Below are positions 40,406 to 50,840 of a stretch of DNA of 64,000 bases, piece after piece (position 1 is the stretch's first letter; each line of letters begins with the position of its first letter). The DNA lies in contig JBKJHT010000033.1 of the NCBI GenBank assembly GCA_046598945.1, positions 10,008 to 74,007 of the forward strand. Direction: 5' to 3'. This stretch comes from Burkholderiales bacterium (lineage in GTDB: Bacteria > Pseudomonadota > Gammaproteobacteria > Burkholderiales > JALYOK01). A program made the translations under genes and the position numbers. The notes under the pieces are model-generated. The model ran no database searches, had not been told where the DNA came from, and saw only the letters and a program-made list of their open reading frames with translations.

Positions 40406-41827
40406 CTACTGGATTTCTGGAGCCTCCGAGGGCGCCGAGATTTCTTCATCCAACTTCAGTTCCTGAATTTTACGCGTCAAGGTATTGCGTCCCCAGCCCA
40501 ACAGCGTCGCCGCTTCGATACGCCGCCCACCCGTGTGTTGCAACGCGCGCGTAATCAGCACTCGCTCGAAATCGCGAATCAACTCGTCGAGAATGCCGTG
40601 TTTGCCCAGCGCCAGTTGATAGCCGACTTCGCGATCGAGTAGTTCGCGCCAATTGCCCTCGCCGAGTGCGGCTTTGGTTTCGCGCACTTCGGGCGGCAAG
40701 TCGTTGACATCGACATTCTGTCCCGGCGCCATGACGGTGAGCCAATGGGCAATGTTTTCCAACTGGCGCACGTTGCCGGGAAAATCCAATGCCGAGAGAA
40801 ATTTGACGGCATCGTCTGTGAGTCGTTTCGGGTCGACGTTGAGCGCGCGCGCGCTGGTCTGCAAAAAATGTTTGATAAGTAGCGCGATGTCTTCGCGCCG
40901 TTCGCGCAGCGACGGCAGGCGCAGGCGAATAACATTGAGCCGATGATAGAGATCTTCGCGGAACAAGCCCTGCTTAACGCGTTGCTCCATGTCCTGGTGG
41001 GTCGCGGCGATGATGCGCACATTCGCGGTCAGCGGTTGATGGCCGCCGACACGATAGAACTGGCCATCGGCCAAGACGCGCAATAATCGGGTCTGCAAAT
41101 CCGCTGGCATGTCGCCGATTTCGTCGAGAAACAAGGTGCCGCCTTCGGCTTGTTCAAAACGGCCGCGGCGCATGGTTTGTGCGCCGGTGAAGGCGCCGCG
41201 TTCGTGACCGAATAATTCCGATTCTAATAACTCTTTCGGAATCGCCGCGGTGTTGATGGCGATGAACGCCTTGCCGGCGCGCAAGCTATGGCGATGCAGC
41301 GCACGGGCAACCAATTCCTTGCCGGTGCCCGATTCGCCGGTGATGAGTACCGTGGTCTGCGAATGCGATAGGCGGCCGATGGCGCGAAACACTTCCTGCA
41401 TCGCCGGGGCGCGCCCGAGTATTTCCGGCACCTCGGTGGTCAATTCGACTTCCTCGCTGCGGCGCATGCTTTCGTCCAGCGCGCGGCGCACTAAATCGAT
41501 CGCGTGATCGACATCGAACGGCTTCGGCAGATACTCGTAGGCGCCGCCTTGGAACGCAGCCACCGCGCTTTCCAGATCGGAATAAGCGGTCATGATAATG
41601 ACGGGCAACTCCGGATAGCGCGCCTTCAGCTCCTTCAACAAGTCTAGGCCCGAACCGCCAGGCATGCGGATATCGCTGACGACCACTTGCGGTGGATCGT
41701 GATCTAGGGCGGCGAGGGCGGCGCTGGTAGTCGCGAACGATTTGAAGGCGAGGCCTTCGCGCGTGAGCGCCTTCTCGAACACCCAGCGTATGGAGCGGTC
41801 GTCGTCAATGATCCAAATGGGTTTCAT
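40406..41827 (-). CDS. ntrC: nitrogen regulation response regulator NtrC (sigma-54 activator)
   Basis: 473 aa. REC domain, canonical [14 protein letters not shown] and LFLDEIG, and a C-terminal Fis-type HTH. Confidence 0.93.
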   Translation of the reverse strand: MKPIWIIDDDRSIRWVFEKALTREGLAFKSFATTSAALAALDHDPPQVVVSDIRMPGGSGLDLLKELKARYPELPVIIMTAYSDLESAVAAFQGGAYEYLPKPFDVDHAIDLVRRALDESMRRSEEVELTTEVPEILGRAPAMQEVFRAIGRLSHSQTTVLITGESGTGKELVARALHRHSLRAGKAFIAINTAAIPKELLESELFGHERGAFTGAQTMRRGRFEQAEGGTLFLDEIGDMPADLQTRLLRVLADGQFYRVGGHQPLTANVRIIAATHQDMEQRVKQGLFREDLYHRLNVIRLRLPSLRERREDIALLIKHFLQTSARALNVDPKRLTDDAVKFLSALDFPGNVRQLENIAHWLTVMAPGQNVDVNDLPPEVRETKAALGEGNWRELLDREVGYQLALGKHGILDELIRDFERVLITRALQHTGGRRIEAATLLGWGRNTLTRKIQELKLDEEISAPSEAPEIQ

Positions 41828-42932
41828 GATGTGTGCTTTGTTGCGCTTGGGTGAGATATTCGCTACTGATGATCGGTAACAGCAGGCTAAAGCGTGTGTG
41901 TGCGGGTTCGCTGTCGAATTCGATCATGCCGCAATGTTGGTGGACAAAATTCTGCGCCAACATCAGCCCGAGGCCCGTTCCGCCTTCGCGGCCGGATACC
42001 AAGGGAAAAAAGATTCGGTCTTTCAATTCGACTGGAATGCCTGGGCCGTTGTCGATGATTTCGATATTCAGCGCCAGACGAAAACGCCGTTTCGCAATCG
42101 TCATTTGGCGCGCGATGCGTGTGCGCAGTTGGATCAAGCCCACGCCGTTGAACGCTTGGGCGGCGTTACGAACGACGTTCAAAACCGATTGAATCAATTG
42201 CTCGCGGTCGCCGCTCAGATCCGGCAAACTTAAGTCGTAATCGCGCTCGATTTGAACGCCGTTTGGAAACTCGGCCAGAATCAAACTGCGTACGCGCTCC
42301 AACACCTCGTGGATACTGACTTCGCCCAGTACGAACAAGCGCGGCGGCGCAACCAGCCGATCCATTAAGGCCTGCAACCGATCGCTTTCCTTGACGATTA
42401 CTTGGGTGTACTCGTGCAATTCCTTGCGATCGAGCTCGCGCTCCAACAACTGCGCTGCGCCTTTGATGCCGCCAAGTGGATTGCGAATCTCGTGCGCCAG
42501 ATTACGAATCAACTGGCGATTCAATTGTTGATCATGAATGACGCGCTCTTCCCGGGCGATTTTGAGCGACTGGCTCAGTGGGCGAAATTCCAACAGCAAA
42601 GCCGCGGCATCGAAATCCACCGGTGTAATCGTGCAACTTAACTGCAAGCTTGGATGATGGCCACCGCCGATATGCACTTCGTGTTCCAGAAAGCCAGATT
42701 GCACGTCCAGCGCGTGGCGCGCCGTCACCGCCAAGGCTTCGGCGCCGAACAGGGCTTGCTGGATGGGCAAATGAGCGACGTGATTACGGGAGATTTCGAA
42801 CAATTGCTCGGCGGTCGGGTTCAGATAAAGAATAGCCAGATTGCGGTCAAGCAGAATCACGGCGCTGGACAGAAACTCAAGTCCACCGAACGTGCTCGAA
42901 ACCATCAAGACAGGGCGTTTAGTATCATGCAA
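41805..42932 (-). CDS. ntrB: nitrogen regulation sensor histidine kinase NtrB
   Basis: 375-aa ORF. PAS domain, H-box NLAHEIRNPLGGIKGAAQLL, and GTGLGL. It overlaps the ntrC start. The exact start is uncertain. Confidence 0.9.
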   Translation of the reverse strand: MHDTKRPVLMVSSTFGGLEFLSSAVILLDRNLAILYLNPTAEQLFEISRNHVAHLPIQQALFGAEALAVTARHALDVQSGFLEHEVHIGGGHHPSLQLSCTITPVDFDAAALLLEFRPLSQSLKIAREERVIHDQQLNRQLIRNLAHEIRNPLGGIKGAAQLLERELDRKELHEYTQVIVKESDRLQALMDRLVAPPRLFVLGEVSIHEVLERVRSLILAEFPNGVQIERDYDLSLPDLSGDREQLIQSVLNVVRNAAQAFNGVGLIQLRTRIARQMTIAKRRFRLALNIEIIDNGPGIPVELKDRIFFPLVSGREGGTGLGLMLAQNFVHQHCGMIEFDSEPAHTRFSLLLPIISSEYLTQAQQSTHHETHLDH

Positions 42933-43028
42933 ATGCTATTCTACCTAGCAATAACCACGCCAGATAAAAAGGTTGGGAAATAATCAGTGGATCCCGGCTG
43001 CAAACGCCGGGCGAACCGCGCCTAGCCG

Positions 43029-43535
43029 CTATTTCATGCCGGCGATTTCTTTCTTCAGCGCGTCGACGTTCCTCTCGTGCAGAGATACGGTTTCCTTGAG
43101 CGCTTGTAAGCGCTCGACATACTTTTGATGATTCTTGACGGTGGCGACAATTTTTACCGACTCGCCTTCGGCCAGCGCTTTGCGCGCCGTATCCAGCGAA
43201 TTTACTTCGGCTTGCAATTCATCGTCCAAAATTTGCTTACGCGACTGATCGCGCTTGCGTTGCGTTTGGCTGTCAACTTTGGGGAAATTGATCGGCGCGC
43301 TGGGTTTCACCTTCACCACCGGAGCAGATGGTAGCCTGACATCGCCTGGTACACCCGGCGCGGTAGGGGTGGGGGGAATCATGACATTGATCTTTTCCAC
43401 GCCCTTGCGTGGCAACTGCGACGGAATATTCGTATACGTCACGCCACCACCATCGTCCAGGTAACGATAAATAGTCTCTGCCCGCAAGGAACATGCAAGC
43501 AACAGCGCGATGGCAAAGGGCAGGACACGATTCAT
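43029..43535 (-). CDS. DUF4124 domain-containing exported protein
   Basis: Signal peptide followed by IYRYLDDGGGVTYTNIP (DUF4124 signature) and a coiled-coil tail. Located between glnA and ntrB. Confidence 0.75.
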   Translation of the reverse strand: MNRVLPFAIALLLACSLRAETIYRYLDDGGGVTYTNIPSQLPRKGVEKINVMIPPTPTAPGVPGDVRLPSAPVVKVKPSAPINFPKVDSQTQRKRDQSRKQILDDELQAEVNSLDTARKALAEGESVKIVATVKNHQKYVERLQALKETVSLHERNVDALKKEIAGMK

Positions 43536-43594
43536 CAGGTTTATCTCAAAGAATGCCCGCTAAGTCTATGTCATTTCAAATTATTTTACAAATT

Positions 43595-43621
43595 AAAAAG
43601 GCAAGCCCGAAGGCTTGCCTT
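43595..43621 (-). terminator. rho-independent terminator of glnA
   Basis: Minus strand reads AAGGCAAGCC-TTCG-GGCTTGCCTT followed by TTTAATTT. It starts about 30 nt after the glnA stop. Confidence 0.8.
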
Positions 43622-43649
43622 AGTATAACGCAATCGCTTGGGGCGGCGA

Positions 43650-45062
43650 TTACAGGCTGTAATACATATCGAACTCAACCGGATGCGTGGTCATGCGAAA
43701 GCGCGTGACTTCCTCCATCTTCAGCTCGATGTAGGCATCGAGCATGTCGTTCGAGAACACGCCCCCGCGGGTGAGAAACTCGCGGTCTTTGTCCAAATGC
43801 TCCAACGCCATATCCAGCGACGAGCACACGTTCGGGACCTTCTTGGCTTCTTCCGGCGGCAAGTCGTACAGGTTCTTGTCGATCGGATCGCCAGGGTGGA
43901 TCTTATTCTGAATGCCGTCCAGGCCCGCCATCATCATGGCGGAGAAGGCCAAGTACGGATTCGCCGTCGGATCCGGAAAACGTACTTCGATGCGACGTGC
44001 TTTAGCACTTTGCACGAATGGAATGCGGATCGAGGCGGAACGATTGCGCGCGGAATAGGCCAAGTTGATCGGCGCTTCGAAACCGGGCACCAAGCGCTTG
44101 TAGGAGTTGGTGCCGGGGTTGGTGATCGCGTTCAGTGCCTTGGCATGCTTGATAATGCCGCCGATGTAATACAGGGCCGTTTCCGACAGGCCCGCGTAGC
44201 CATTCCCAGCGAACAGGTTGTTTCCTTCTTTCCAAATTGATTGGTGCACGTGCATGCCGGAACCGTTGTCGCCGACAATGGGCTTAGGCATAAACGTTGC
44301 GGTATGGCCGTAAGAGTGAGCGACGTTGTGGATGCAATATTTCATGATCTGCAGCCAGTCGGCGCGCTTCACCAGCTTTTCGTACTTGGTGCCGATTTCG
44401 CACTGTCCCGGTGCAGCGACTTCGTGGTGATGGACTTCGACTTCGACGCCCATTTGCTCTAGCGCGATACACATTGCCGAGCGCATATCTTGGAATGAAT
44501 CAACCGGTGGCACGGGGAAATAGCCGCCTTTAACCGGCGGGCGATGGCCCATGTTGCCGCCGTCAATGTCCAGGCCGCTGGACCACGGCGCCTCTTCCGA
44601 ATTGATCTTGACGAAGCAACCGGACATGCCGACATTCCAAGTAACGGAATCGAAAATGAAAAATTCAGGTTCAGGACCGAAGTAGGCGGTGTCGCCAATG
44701 CCGGAAGATTTAAGATAAGCTTCGGCGCGCTTAGCCAGGGAGCGCGGATCGCGATCGTAGCCCTTGCCATCGGACGGCTCGACCACGTCGCAGGTGATAT
44801 TCATGGTCGGCTCATCGCGGAACGGATCCATCACCGCCGCATCGGGATCGGGCATCAGCAACATGTCGGAGGCTTGAATGCCTTTCCAACCGGCGATCGA
44901 AGAGCCGTCAAAGGCATGGCCTTCGGTGAATTTCTCATTGTTAAACGCTTTCGCCGGAACCGTTACATGCTGCTCCTTGCCGCGCGTGTCGGTAAAGCGG
45001 AAATCAACGAACTTAACTTCGTTGTCCTTCATCATTTTCATTACATCAGCAACAACCATCAT
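43650..45062 (-). CDS. glnA: glutamine synthetase type I
   Basis: Start at ATG 45060-45062 after GGGAGAA ([25 protein letters not shown]). Adenylylation-site region NLYDLPPEE. About 470 aa. The longer ORF-track N-terminus is rejected. Confidence 0.96.
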   Translation of the reverse strand: MMVVADVMKMMKDNEVKFVDFRFTDTRGKEQHVTVPAKAFNNEKFTEGHAFDGSSIAGWKGIQASDMLLMPDPDAAVMDPFRDEPTMNITCDVVEPSDGKGYDRDPRSLAKRAEAYLKSSGIGDTAYFGPEPEFFIFDSVTWNVGMSGCFVKINSEEAPWSSGLDIDGGNMGHRPPVKGGYFPVPPVDSFQDMRSAMCIALEQMGVEVEVHHHEVAAPGQCEIGTKYEKLVKRADWLQIMKYCIHNVAHSYGHTATFMPKPIVGDNGSGMHVHQSIWKEGNNLFAGNGYAGLSETALYYIGGIIKHAKALNAITNPGTNSYKRLVPGFEAPINLAYSARNRSASIRIPFVQSAKARRIEVRFPDPTANPYLAFSAMMMAGLDGIQNKIHPGDPIDKNLYDLPPEEAKKVPNVCSSLDMALEHLDKDREFLTRGGVFSNDMLDAYIELKMEEVTRFRMTTHPVEFDMYYSL

Positions 45063-45109
45063 CTTCTCCCGAAATTTCCAATAAAAATTAGAGCAACCGA
45101 CCACTAGCA

Positions 45110-45124
45110 GCAGAAACCGTGCCA
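45110..45124 (-). promoter_or_regulatory. sigma-54 (-24/-12) promoter of glnA
   Basis: Minus strand reads TGGCACGGTTTCTGC, with GG and GC at canonical spacing. It lies about 48 nt upstream of the glnA ATG. Confidence 0.65.
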
Positions 45125-45265
45125 GCAAACAAAAACGAATCGAGCATTTTGCCACAAAGCATTAGGCTCGCGGAACAAAAATGGGACGGCGCTAATTCGG
45201 TGCCAATTGAATTTTTATGCGCTTTTTTAGGGCGGGTGGAAAGGCGCGTCTTTAATAGCCCCCGA

Positions 45266-45296
45266 CTATGCATTGCCGCGATCCAGTATCCACGCG
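45266..45296 (-). repeat. REP-like core, inverted orientation, abutting direct repeat A
   Basis: The reverse complement reads CGCGTGGATACTGGATCGCGGCAATGCATAG. Confidence 0.4.
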
Positions 45297-45392
45297 GGTG
45301 GTGGCAAAGATTGGATTTCTCATTGAGAGTTGCACGTATCGTCGCTGCCAATGCTGCAAACCGATCATGAGCCGGACACGGTTTTTAAGCAT
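45283..45392 (+). repeat. direct repeat A (~110 nt) flanking the MNT-HepT module
   Basis: Aligns with 46349-46464. The 42-nt 3' core ATGCTGCAAACCGATCATGAGCCGGACACGGTTTTTAAGCAT (45351-45392) is identical to 46423-46464. Confidence 0.85.
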
Positions 45393-45530
45393 ATCATCCC
45401 GAACATCGCGAAGAACGACCGTTTTTGAAGATCGTTGCGAGCGGAAGGTTCCGGCGCCGGCGTATGGCGCACACACCACTGGTTAATGGAAACGCGCCCA
45501 GCGACGAAGCAATCTCGCCGCTCCTGTACT

Positions 45531-45929
45531 CTACACTTGGCAATGGCGTTGCAAGCCATCCAACAAACGCTCGAACACGCCTGCGTGACCCGGCAAACGA
45601 GAGAACAATGTAACCGCCAACCCTTCGTTATAAGTGTGCGAAGTCAGATTTCGATCATCGATTAAACCCATCGCCGCGCGCGCGTCGAGCTCACTTAGTA
45701 AACCGTTTTGTGCGGCGGCGCGAATAACCGCTTTAGGGCTTGCAGCCCCAACACCGAAGTGTTCCAACAACGTGGCCTGCGCCGCTTTCCAGCAGGCTTC
45801 AGTCGTACATTCAAAACGTTGGATCGCCGCATCGCGCTCAATCAAGCTCGGCGATGCAATGAATGCAAGTTGCTTGAAGCTCATCAGCGCTCGCCTCGCC
45901 TGCTGCAAACGCCAGGTCAGCCGATCCAT
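45531..45929 (-). CDS. hepT: HepT-type HEPN toxin (nucleotidyltransferase substrate-binding protein family)
   Basis: 132 aa. Rx4H HEPN motif RNLTSH in LIDDRNLTSHTYNE. It overlaps the upstream MNT gene by 13 nt. Confidence 0.8.
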   Translation of the reverse strand: MDRLTWRLQQARRALMSFKQLAFIASPSLIERDAAIQRFECTTEACWKAAQATLLEHFGVGAASPKAVIRAAAQNGLLSELDARAAMGLIDDRNLTSHTYNEGLAVTLFSRLPGHAGVFERLLDGLQRHCQV

Positions 45930-46225
45930 GTCACACCCTCGCGTAACACGGCAGCGCGAATACCCTTCGACGCATCGCGCAGATCGACCACATCAACGTT
46001 CAACAACATATTGCTCTCTTCAAATGCCTCACGTAGCGTGGAAAGAATATCTGGAGGCATTTCCGTTGCGCAGCCTATCGCCAAATCGATATCCGACCAT
46101 TGTCGCGCATCACCGCGCGCCCGCGATCCGAACAGGATTGCCTTAGCGCCCGTGCCGGCCAGCAAGCGATTCACGATATCGCGGGCAATCTTTAAATCAT
46201 CAGCATTAGCGTAGGCAACATTCAT
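45917..46225 (-). CDS. mntA: MNT-type minimal nucleotidyltransferase antitoxin
   Basis: 102 aa. Contains LFGSRARGDARQWSDIDLAI (GSx10DxD NTase signature). Confidence 0.8.
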   Translation of the reverse strand: MNVAYANADDLKIARDIVNRLLAGTGAKAILFGSRARGDARQWSDIDLAIGCATEMPPDILSTLREAFEESNMLLNVDVVDLRDASKGIRAAVLREGVTWIG

Positions 46226-46348
46226 GTTGTAACTTTAACTGAAGATGGGGAAAGTGAAAAATATTATTCTGAATGGCGGTGCCTGGGGGGTGCCCGCGGA
46301 TACTGGATCGCAGGCCTTACAACGCCGCGAGCCAGCGGCCGAGGCCGC

Positions 46349-46464
46349 CCAGTATCCCGGGGCCCGCGGGTCGTGGCAAGGAGTGCATTTGTCATTGTGG
46401 GTTGCCTCTATCGGGACTACCGATGCTGCAAACCGATCATGAGCCGGACACGGTTTTTAAGCAT
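46349..46464 (+). repeat. direct repeat B (~116 nt) flanking the MNT-HepT module
   Basis: See repeat A. It has the identical 42-nt core at 46423-46464. An inverted GGATACTGG partner lies at 46297-46305. Confidence 0.85.
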
Positions 46465-46528
46465 GTCAGGTAAGTCCGACAGCCCGGCTGCGTTATCACC
46501 CGCAACCAGCTCGAAATCAACAGGCTGG

Positions 46529-49096
46529 TTAGGCGGCTTTCTTTAGCTTCGTAGCAGTCGTTTTTTTCGCCGCGGGTTTTTTCGCCGCAACTTTTGCTGT
46601 CGTTTTCTTGACCGGCGCTTTGCTAGTGCGCTTACCCTTGCCCGGCTTGGCGGCTTTTGCTTCCAACAAATTAATCGCCTGTTCCAAGGTAATCGTATCG
46701 GGCGTCAGTTCCGGCGGAATAGTCGCGTTGACTTTGCCGTGTTTAACGTAAGGCCCATATTGCCCGGAAAAGACGCCGACGTTTTGTTGATCGTCGGGAT
46801 GCTCACCCAAGACTTTTAACGGCGTAGCGCCGGCGCGTCCGGCGGATTTCGGTTGCGTCATGATTTCGAGCGCGCGGGCCAAATCGATGGTGAAGATGTC
46901 ATCGGCCTTTGGAATCGAGCGGAATTCTTTCTCGTGCTGGATATACGGACCGAAACGGCCGTTGTTGACGATGACTTTTTTGCCTGATTCGGGATGCATG
47001 CCCAACTCGCGCGGTAGCGACAATAGTTTGTCCGCCACTTCCATTGTGACTTGCGTGGGCAGCATGCCTTTGGGTAGTGACGCGCGCTTTGGTTTCTTGC
47101 CCTCTTCCGCTGCTTCGCCGAGTTGCACGTAAGGGCCATAGGGTCCGTTCATTAACAACACTTTAATGCCCGCATCCGTCGCGCCGATTTCCACTGGGCC
47201 AGTCTGCGCGGGAGCGCCGTCGGGGCCGTCTAAGTTGCGCGTATAGTCGCATTCGGGATAGCCGGCACAGCCGATGAAGCGGCCGCGTTTTCCGAGGCGA
47301 ATGGACAAACCTTTGCCACATTTCGGGCAGGCTTCGTCGAGCGCTTCATGGGTGATTTCAGCGCGCGAGACGTTGCTTTTCTCTTCGATCGCGCGATTGA
47401 AGTCACCCCAGAATTCTTCCAACACCGGTATCCATTCCAGCTTGCCGTTGGAAATATCGTCGAGTTTGTCCTCGAGCTTGGCGGTGAAGTCGTAATCGAC
47501 GTAACGAGTGAAATGCTCTGTCAAAAATTTGCTGACAATTTTGCCCACGTCCGTCGGCGAGAAGCGTTTTTTATCGAGGATCACATACTCGCGAGCGATC
47601 AACGTGGAGATGATGCTCGAGTAAGTCGACGGCCGGCCGATGCCGTGTTCTTCCAAGGTTTTGACGATGGTCGCTTCGGTGTAACGCGGCGGCGGTTGGG
47701 TGAAATGTTGCTCACCGTACAGCTTGTCGATGGGCACCACTTCGCCCATGTCGAGGGCGGGCAACTTGCTTTCACCTTCCGCTTCGCGGTCGTCTTCATC
47801 TTCCAAATACACGGCGATGAAGCCGGGGAAAACCATGGTTTGGCCCGTGGCGCGGAACAAATTTTTCTCACCACCCACCGCGAGATCTACGGCGACGGTG
47901 TCGAATTTCGCCGGACTCATTTGACACGCTACCGTGCGCTTCCAAATCATTTCGTACAAACGAAATTGTTCCGGCGTCAAAAACTCTCTCAAGCTTTGCG
48001 GCGTGCGATCGATAGCCGTGGGGCGAATGGCTTCGTGCGCCTCTTGCGCGTTTTTCGAGGCGTTTTTGTAAAACACCGGGCTGCCGGGCAAATAATCCGC
48101 GTCGAAATTTTTCGTGACGTAGCCGCGAATATCGTTCAGCGCCTCGTTCGACAACACGAACGAATCGGTACGCATATAGGAAATCAGGCCCACCGGCCCG
48201 CTGCCAATATTGACGCCTTCGTACAACTGCTGCGCAATTTTCATGGCGCGATCGGTGGAGAAGCCGAGTTTTCGCACCGCTTCTTGTTGCAACGTCGACG
48301 TGGTAAAGGGCGGCGCGGGTGAGCGGGTTTTACGCTTTTTCTCGAGGTTGACGACGGTCGCCGTACCCTTGGCGTTCTTCGTCAAAAATTCCGTGATGTC
48401 TTTTTGTTGCGCGTCGTTGGTGACGCTGAACTGCGTAATCTTCTCACCTTTGAACTGCGTCAGCTTCGCGGTGAAATTCTGCGTCGCCTTGTGGCTATCG
48501 AAATGGATGCTCCAATATTCTTCGCTCCTGAACGCGAGAATTTCATCTTCGCGCTCAACGATTAAACGCAGCGCCGGGCTTTGCACACGACCGGCTGAAA
48601 GTCCGCGCCGAATCTTCTTCCACAACAACGGCGATAGATTAAAACCGACCAAATAGTCCAGCGCGCGGCGCGCTTGCTGGGCATTGACTAACGGCATAGC
48701 GATTTCGCGCGGATTATCGACCGCGGCTTTCACCGCCGCCTGCGTGATTTCGTAAAACGCCACGCGGTGCAGTTCCTTGCCCTTGAGCAATTTTTTCGAT
48801 TTCAGAATTTCCGCGATGTGCCAGGCAATCGCTTCGCCTTCCCGATCCGGGTCAGTCGCGAGGTAAATTCGATCGGCTTTCTTCACCGCGTCGGCCAGCG
48901 CCTTGACATGCTTTTCGTTGCGCTCGACCAATTGATACTTCATGGCGAAGCCATTTTCGGTATCCACCGCACCGGTTTTCGGCACGAGATCGCGCACATG
49001 GCCGTAGGAGGCAAGAATGTCGAAACTCTTTCCGAGATATTTTTTTAGCGTCTTCGCTTTGGAAGGAGATTCGACGATCAGTAAATTTTCTGACAT
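46529..49096 (-). CDS. topA: DNA topoisomerase I with lysine-rich C-terminal tail
   Basis: 855 aa. Toprim N-terminus MSENLLIVESPSKAKT, active-site region ISYMRTDS, Zn-ribbon CPKCG...CAGYPEC, and tail [42 protein letters not shown]. Confidence 0.97.
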   Translation of the reverse strand: MSENLLIVESPSKAKTLKKYLGKSFDILASYGHVRDLVPKTGAVDTENGFAMKYQLVERNEKHVKALADAVKKADRIYLATDPDREGEAIAWHIAEILKSKKLLKGKELHRVAFYEITQAAVKAAVDNPREIAMPLVNAQQARRALDYLVGFNLSPLLWKKIRRGLSAGRVQSPALRLIVEREDEILAFRSEEYWSIHFDSHKATQNFTAKLTQFKGEKITQFSVTNDAQQKDITEFLTKNAKGTATVVNLEKKRKTRSPAPPFTTSTLQQEAVRKLGFSTDRAMKIAQQLYEGVNIGSGPVGLISYMRTDSFVLSNEALNDIRGYVTKNFDADYLPGSPVFYKNASKNAQEAHEAIRPTAIDRTPQSLREFLTPEQFRLYEMIWKRTVACQMSPAKFDTVAVDLAVGGEKNLFRATGQTMVFPGFIAVYLEDEDDREAEGESKLPALDMGEVVPIDKLYGEQHFTQPPPRYTEATIVKTLEEHGIGRPSTYSSIISTLIAREYVILDKKRFSPTDVGKIVSKFLTEHFTRYVDYDFTAKLEDKLDDISNGKLEWIPVLEEFWGDFNRAIEEKSNVSRAEITHEALDEACPKCGKGLSIRLGKRGRFIGCAGYPECDYTRNLDGPDGAPAQTGPVEIGATDAGIKVLLMNGPYGPYVQLGEAAEEGKKPKRASLPKGMLPTQVTMEVADKLLSLPRELGMHPESGKKVIVNNGRFGPYIQHEKEFRSIPKADDIFTIDLARALEIMTQPKSAGRAGATPLKVLGEHPDDQQNVGVFSGQYGPYVKHGKVNATIPPELTPDTITLEQAINLLEAKAAKPGKGKRTSKAPVKKTTAKVAAKKPAAKKTTATKLKKAA

Positions 49097-49209
49097 GGCA
49101 GCTCACGAAATAAAAACGTTTGCGTGAAATTTGTAGTCATCGGGGTCACCGAGGTCACGGCAAGGAACGCGATAATAAGTACATTTCGCCCGTGATGCAA
49201 CTTCATGAG

Positions 49210-49779
49210 CTACGCGACTCGATCGCACAAGCGAAATGCCACGGTCCAAAATTGGCGGCCGTCGAACTCGAATTCGTCGATGACGGTCATGTTGTTCTTA
49301 CGAACATGGGCATGATAGGAGTGAACATTGCTCTGCGCGATGAAGGCGATGCCCAAATCGAAGTGCGCACTTTGCGCGGCGCTGATCGTCTGTAGCAGGC
49401 CGTTCAATAGGCCACGGCTGCGCGCCGCGCGATCTATGCACACCGGGCCATATATAAGGTATCGCTGGCCGCTGACCGGCTGACCTTGAAACCTCGCGCC
49501 GTCAAACCGGCTCGCCATGTGTGCGATCAGCGGCACGCCGCTGGCGAATTCTGCGGTCTCCGCCATGGCGTAGGCGAGTACGCGACCGCCATCCAGCGCG
49601 ACAAAAATTCCCAAACCTTGGTTAATCGCCGCGAGGTCTTGCGCGTTGTATTCCACCGACAGGAATCCTTGCTGCTGTTGCGCCTCATCCAAATTCCAGC
49701 GCAGGTTCTGCGCCTGCAATGCCAGAATTTGCGGGAAGTCGCTGTTTAAGGCACGGCGATAATCAATCTTTGTTAGCAC
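49210..49779 (-). CDS. GNAT-family N-acetyltransferase
   Basis: 189 aa. Acetyl-CoA loop-like segment CIDRAARSRGLLNGL. Substrate unknown. Confidence 0.65.
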   Translation of the reverse strand: MLTKIDYRRALNSDFPQILALQAQNLRWNLDEAQQQQGFLSVEYNAQDLAAINQGLGIFVALDGGRVLAYAMAETAEFASGVPLIAHMASRFDGARFQGQPVSGQRYLIYGPVCIDRAARSRGLLNGLLQTISAAQSAHFDLGIAFIAQSNVHSYHAHVRKNNMTVIDEFEFDGRQFWTVAFRLCDRVA

Positions 49780-49917
49780 CGGCGAAGCATAGCCCGAGTC
49801 GCCAGAAACTTAAAGTTCTTTTACCGTCACCTCGTGCGAGCGCGCTCATTGATCTGACCAATGCCCGCAGAGGCAGTACCAGAGCGGCTCTTGACGCATA
49901 TCCCGCGGCAATGAGGA

Positions 49918-50769
49918 TCACACCAGCGCGCGTAACGCGTGGATGTAATTGATCGGCGCATGGTCGGCGAAGCTGCGCAGGATTGCATTAGCGGGTTGCC
50001 GCCACGCGTATTGCAACGCATAGGCGAATTGGGCGCTGCGTTGATCCGAGCGCATCTGGGCATCGGATAGTCCAGCGCGCAGCAACCCCGCTTGATCAAA
50101 ATATTTTAGTACCCCGACGTGTTCATAGGACCACCTCGCACGCGGAATGCGGCATACGATGTCGCTACAATCGACGTATCGTTCGTGGCTCACGCCGGCC
50201 ATCGAAGCGGCGAAAGCGGCATCGCCGACGCGCGGCGATCCGAAGGTGTAGAGCGCGTCGGGGCGGTGCAGGGCGGCGGATAGCGTCGCGAGCGCGGCGC
50301 CGAGGCTGTGGCCGGTGTAGAGCATGCGAATGTTCTGATGGCTCTCGATCACCGCGAAAATATCGCGCCATTTTCCCGCCAGCATATCGCCGAAGCCTTT
50401 ATGCACACGACCCACTCCGAGCCACGGCCGGAGGAAAGCGTTGGCATCGGTTAACGTGTCTTTAAGCTCATCGACCTGGGTGCCGCGATAGGCCAACACG
50501 CCAAGCCGTTTCACCGGGTCGACCGTGAAGAATGCCTGCAATCCGTTGGCGTCGAAAAATTCGCAGCCGCTGAAACCGATCGCCGTGAGCTGGCTTGCAA
50601 CTTCATGTCGAGTAGCGGCATCTTTGTCAAACGCGCAATACGCCAGGCGCGACAGTTCCGCGCACAACAGCGCCTCGCTGAGCGTCGCGTTGGCGTGGAG
50701 GGAAACCGCATCCGCACACGGTTTGTACAAGGCGCGACGCGTCGGATCGTATGCAATGCTGCGTCTCAT
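49918..50769 (-). CDS. class 3 lipase-family alpha/beta hydrolase
   Basis: Nucleophile elbow YTGHSLGAALA followed by FGSPRVGD. Start taken at MRRSIAYDP (ATG 50767-50769). Confidence 0.75.
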   Translation of the reverse strand: MRRSIAYDPTRRALYKPCADAVSLHANATLSEALLCAELSRLAYCAFDKDAATRHEVASQLTAIGFSGCEFFDANGLQAFFTVDPVKRLGVLAYRGTQVDELKDTLTDANAFLRPWLGVGRVHKGFGDMLAGKWRDIFAVIESHQNIRMLYTGHSLGAALATLSAALHRPDALYTFGSPRVGDAAFAASMAGVSHERYVDCSDIVCRIPRARWSYEHVGVLKYFDQAGLLRAGLSDAQMRSDQRSAQFAYALQYAWRQPANAILRSFADHAPINYIHALRALV

Positions 50770-50840
50770 GTCGCTCTCCTCGCGAGTGAGCTTCAACAAA
50801 ATACTGCTATGCTTCGGGCAATTCAATTCCCCGCAGCGCG

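Noticed and set aside
45283-46464. Possibility that the repeats flanking the TA pair are integron attC sites
   Set aside because: I could not find the R''/R' (RYYYAAC / GTTRRRY) inverted core sites. The repeats are direct rather than imperfect palindromes. No intI or further cassettes are nearby. They share motifs with the genome's REP-like family instead.
49210-49779. GNAT as a possible TacT/AtaT-type toxin
   Set aside because: There is no RHH/DUF1778-size antitoxin ORF upstream. The 138-nt spacer to the lipase gene is non-coding, and the protein is longer than typical GNAT toxins.
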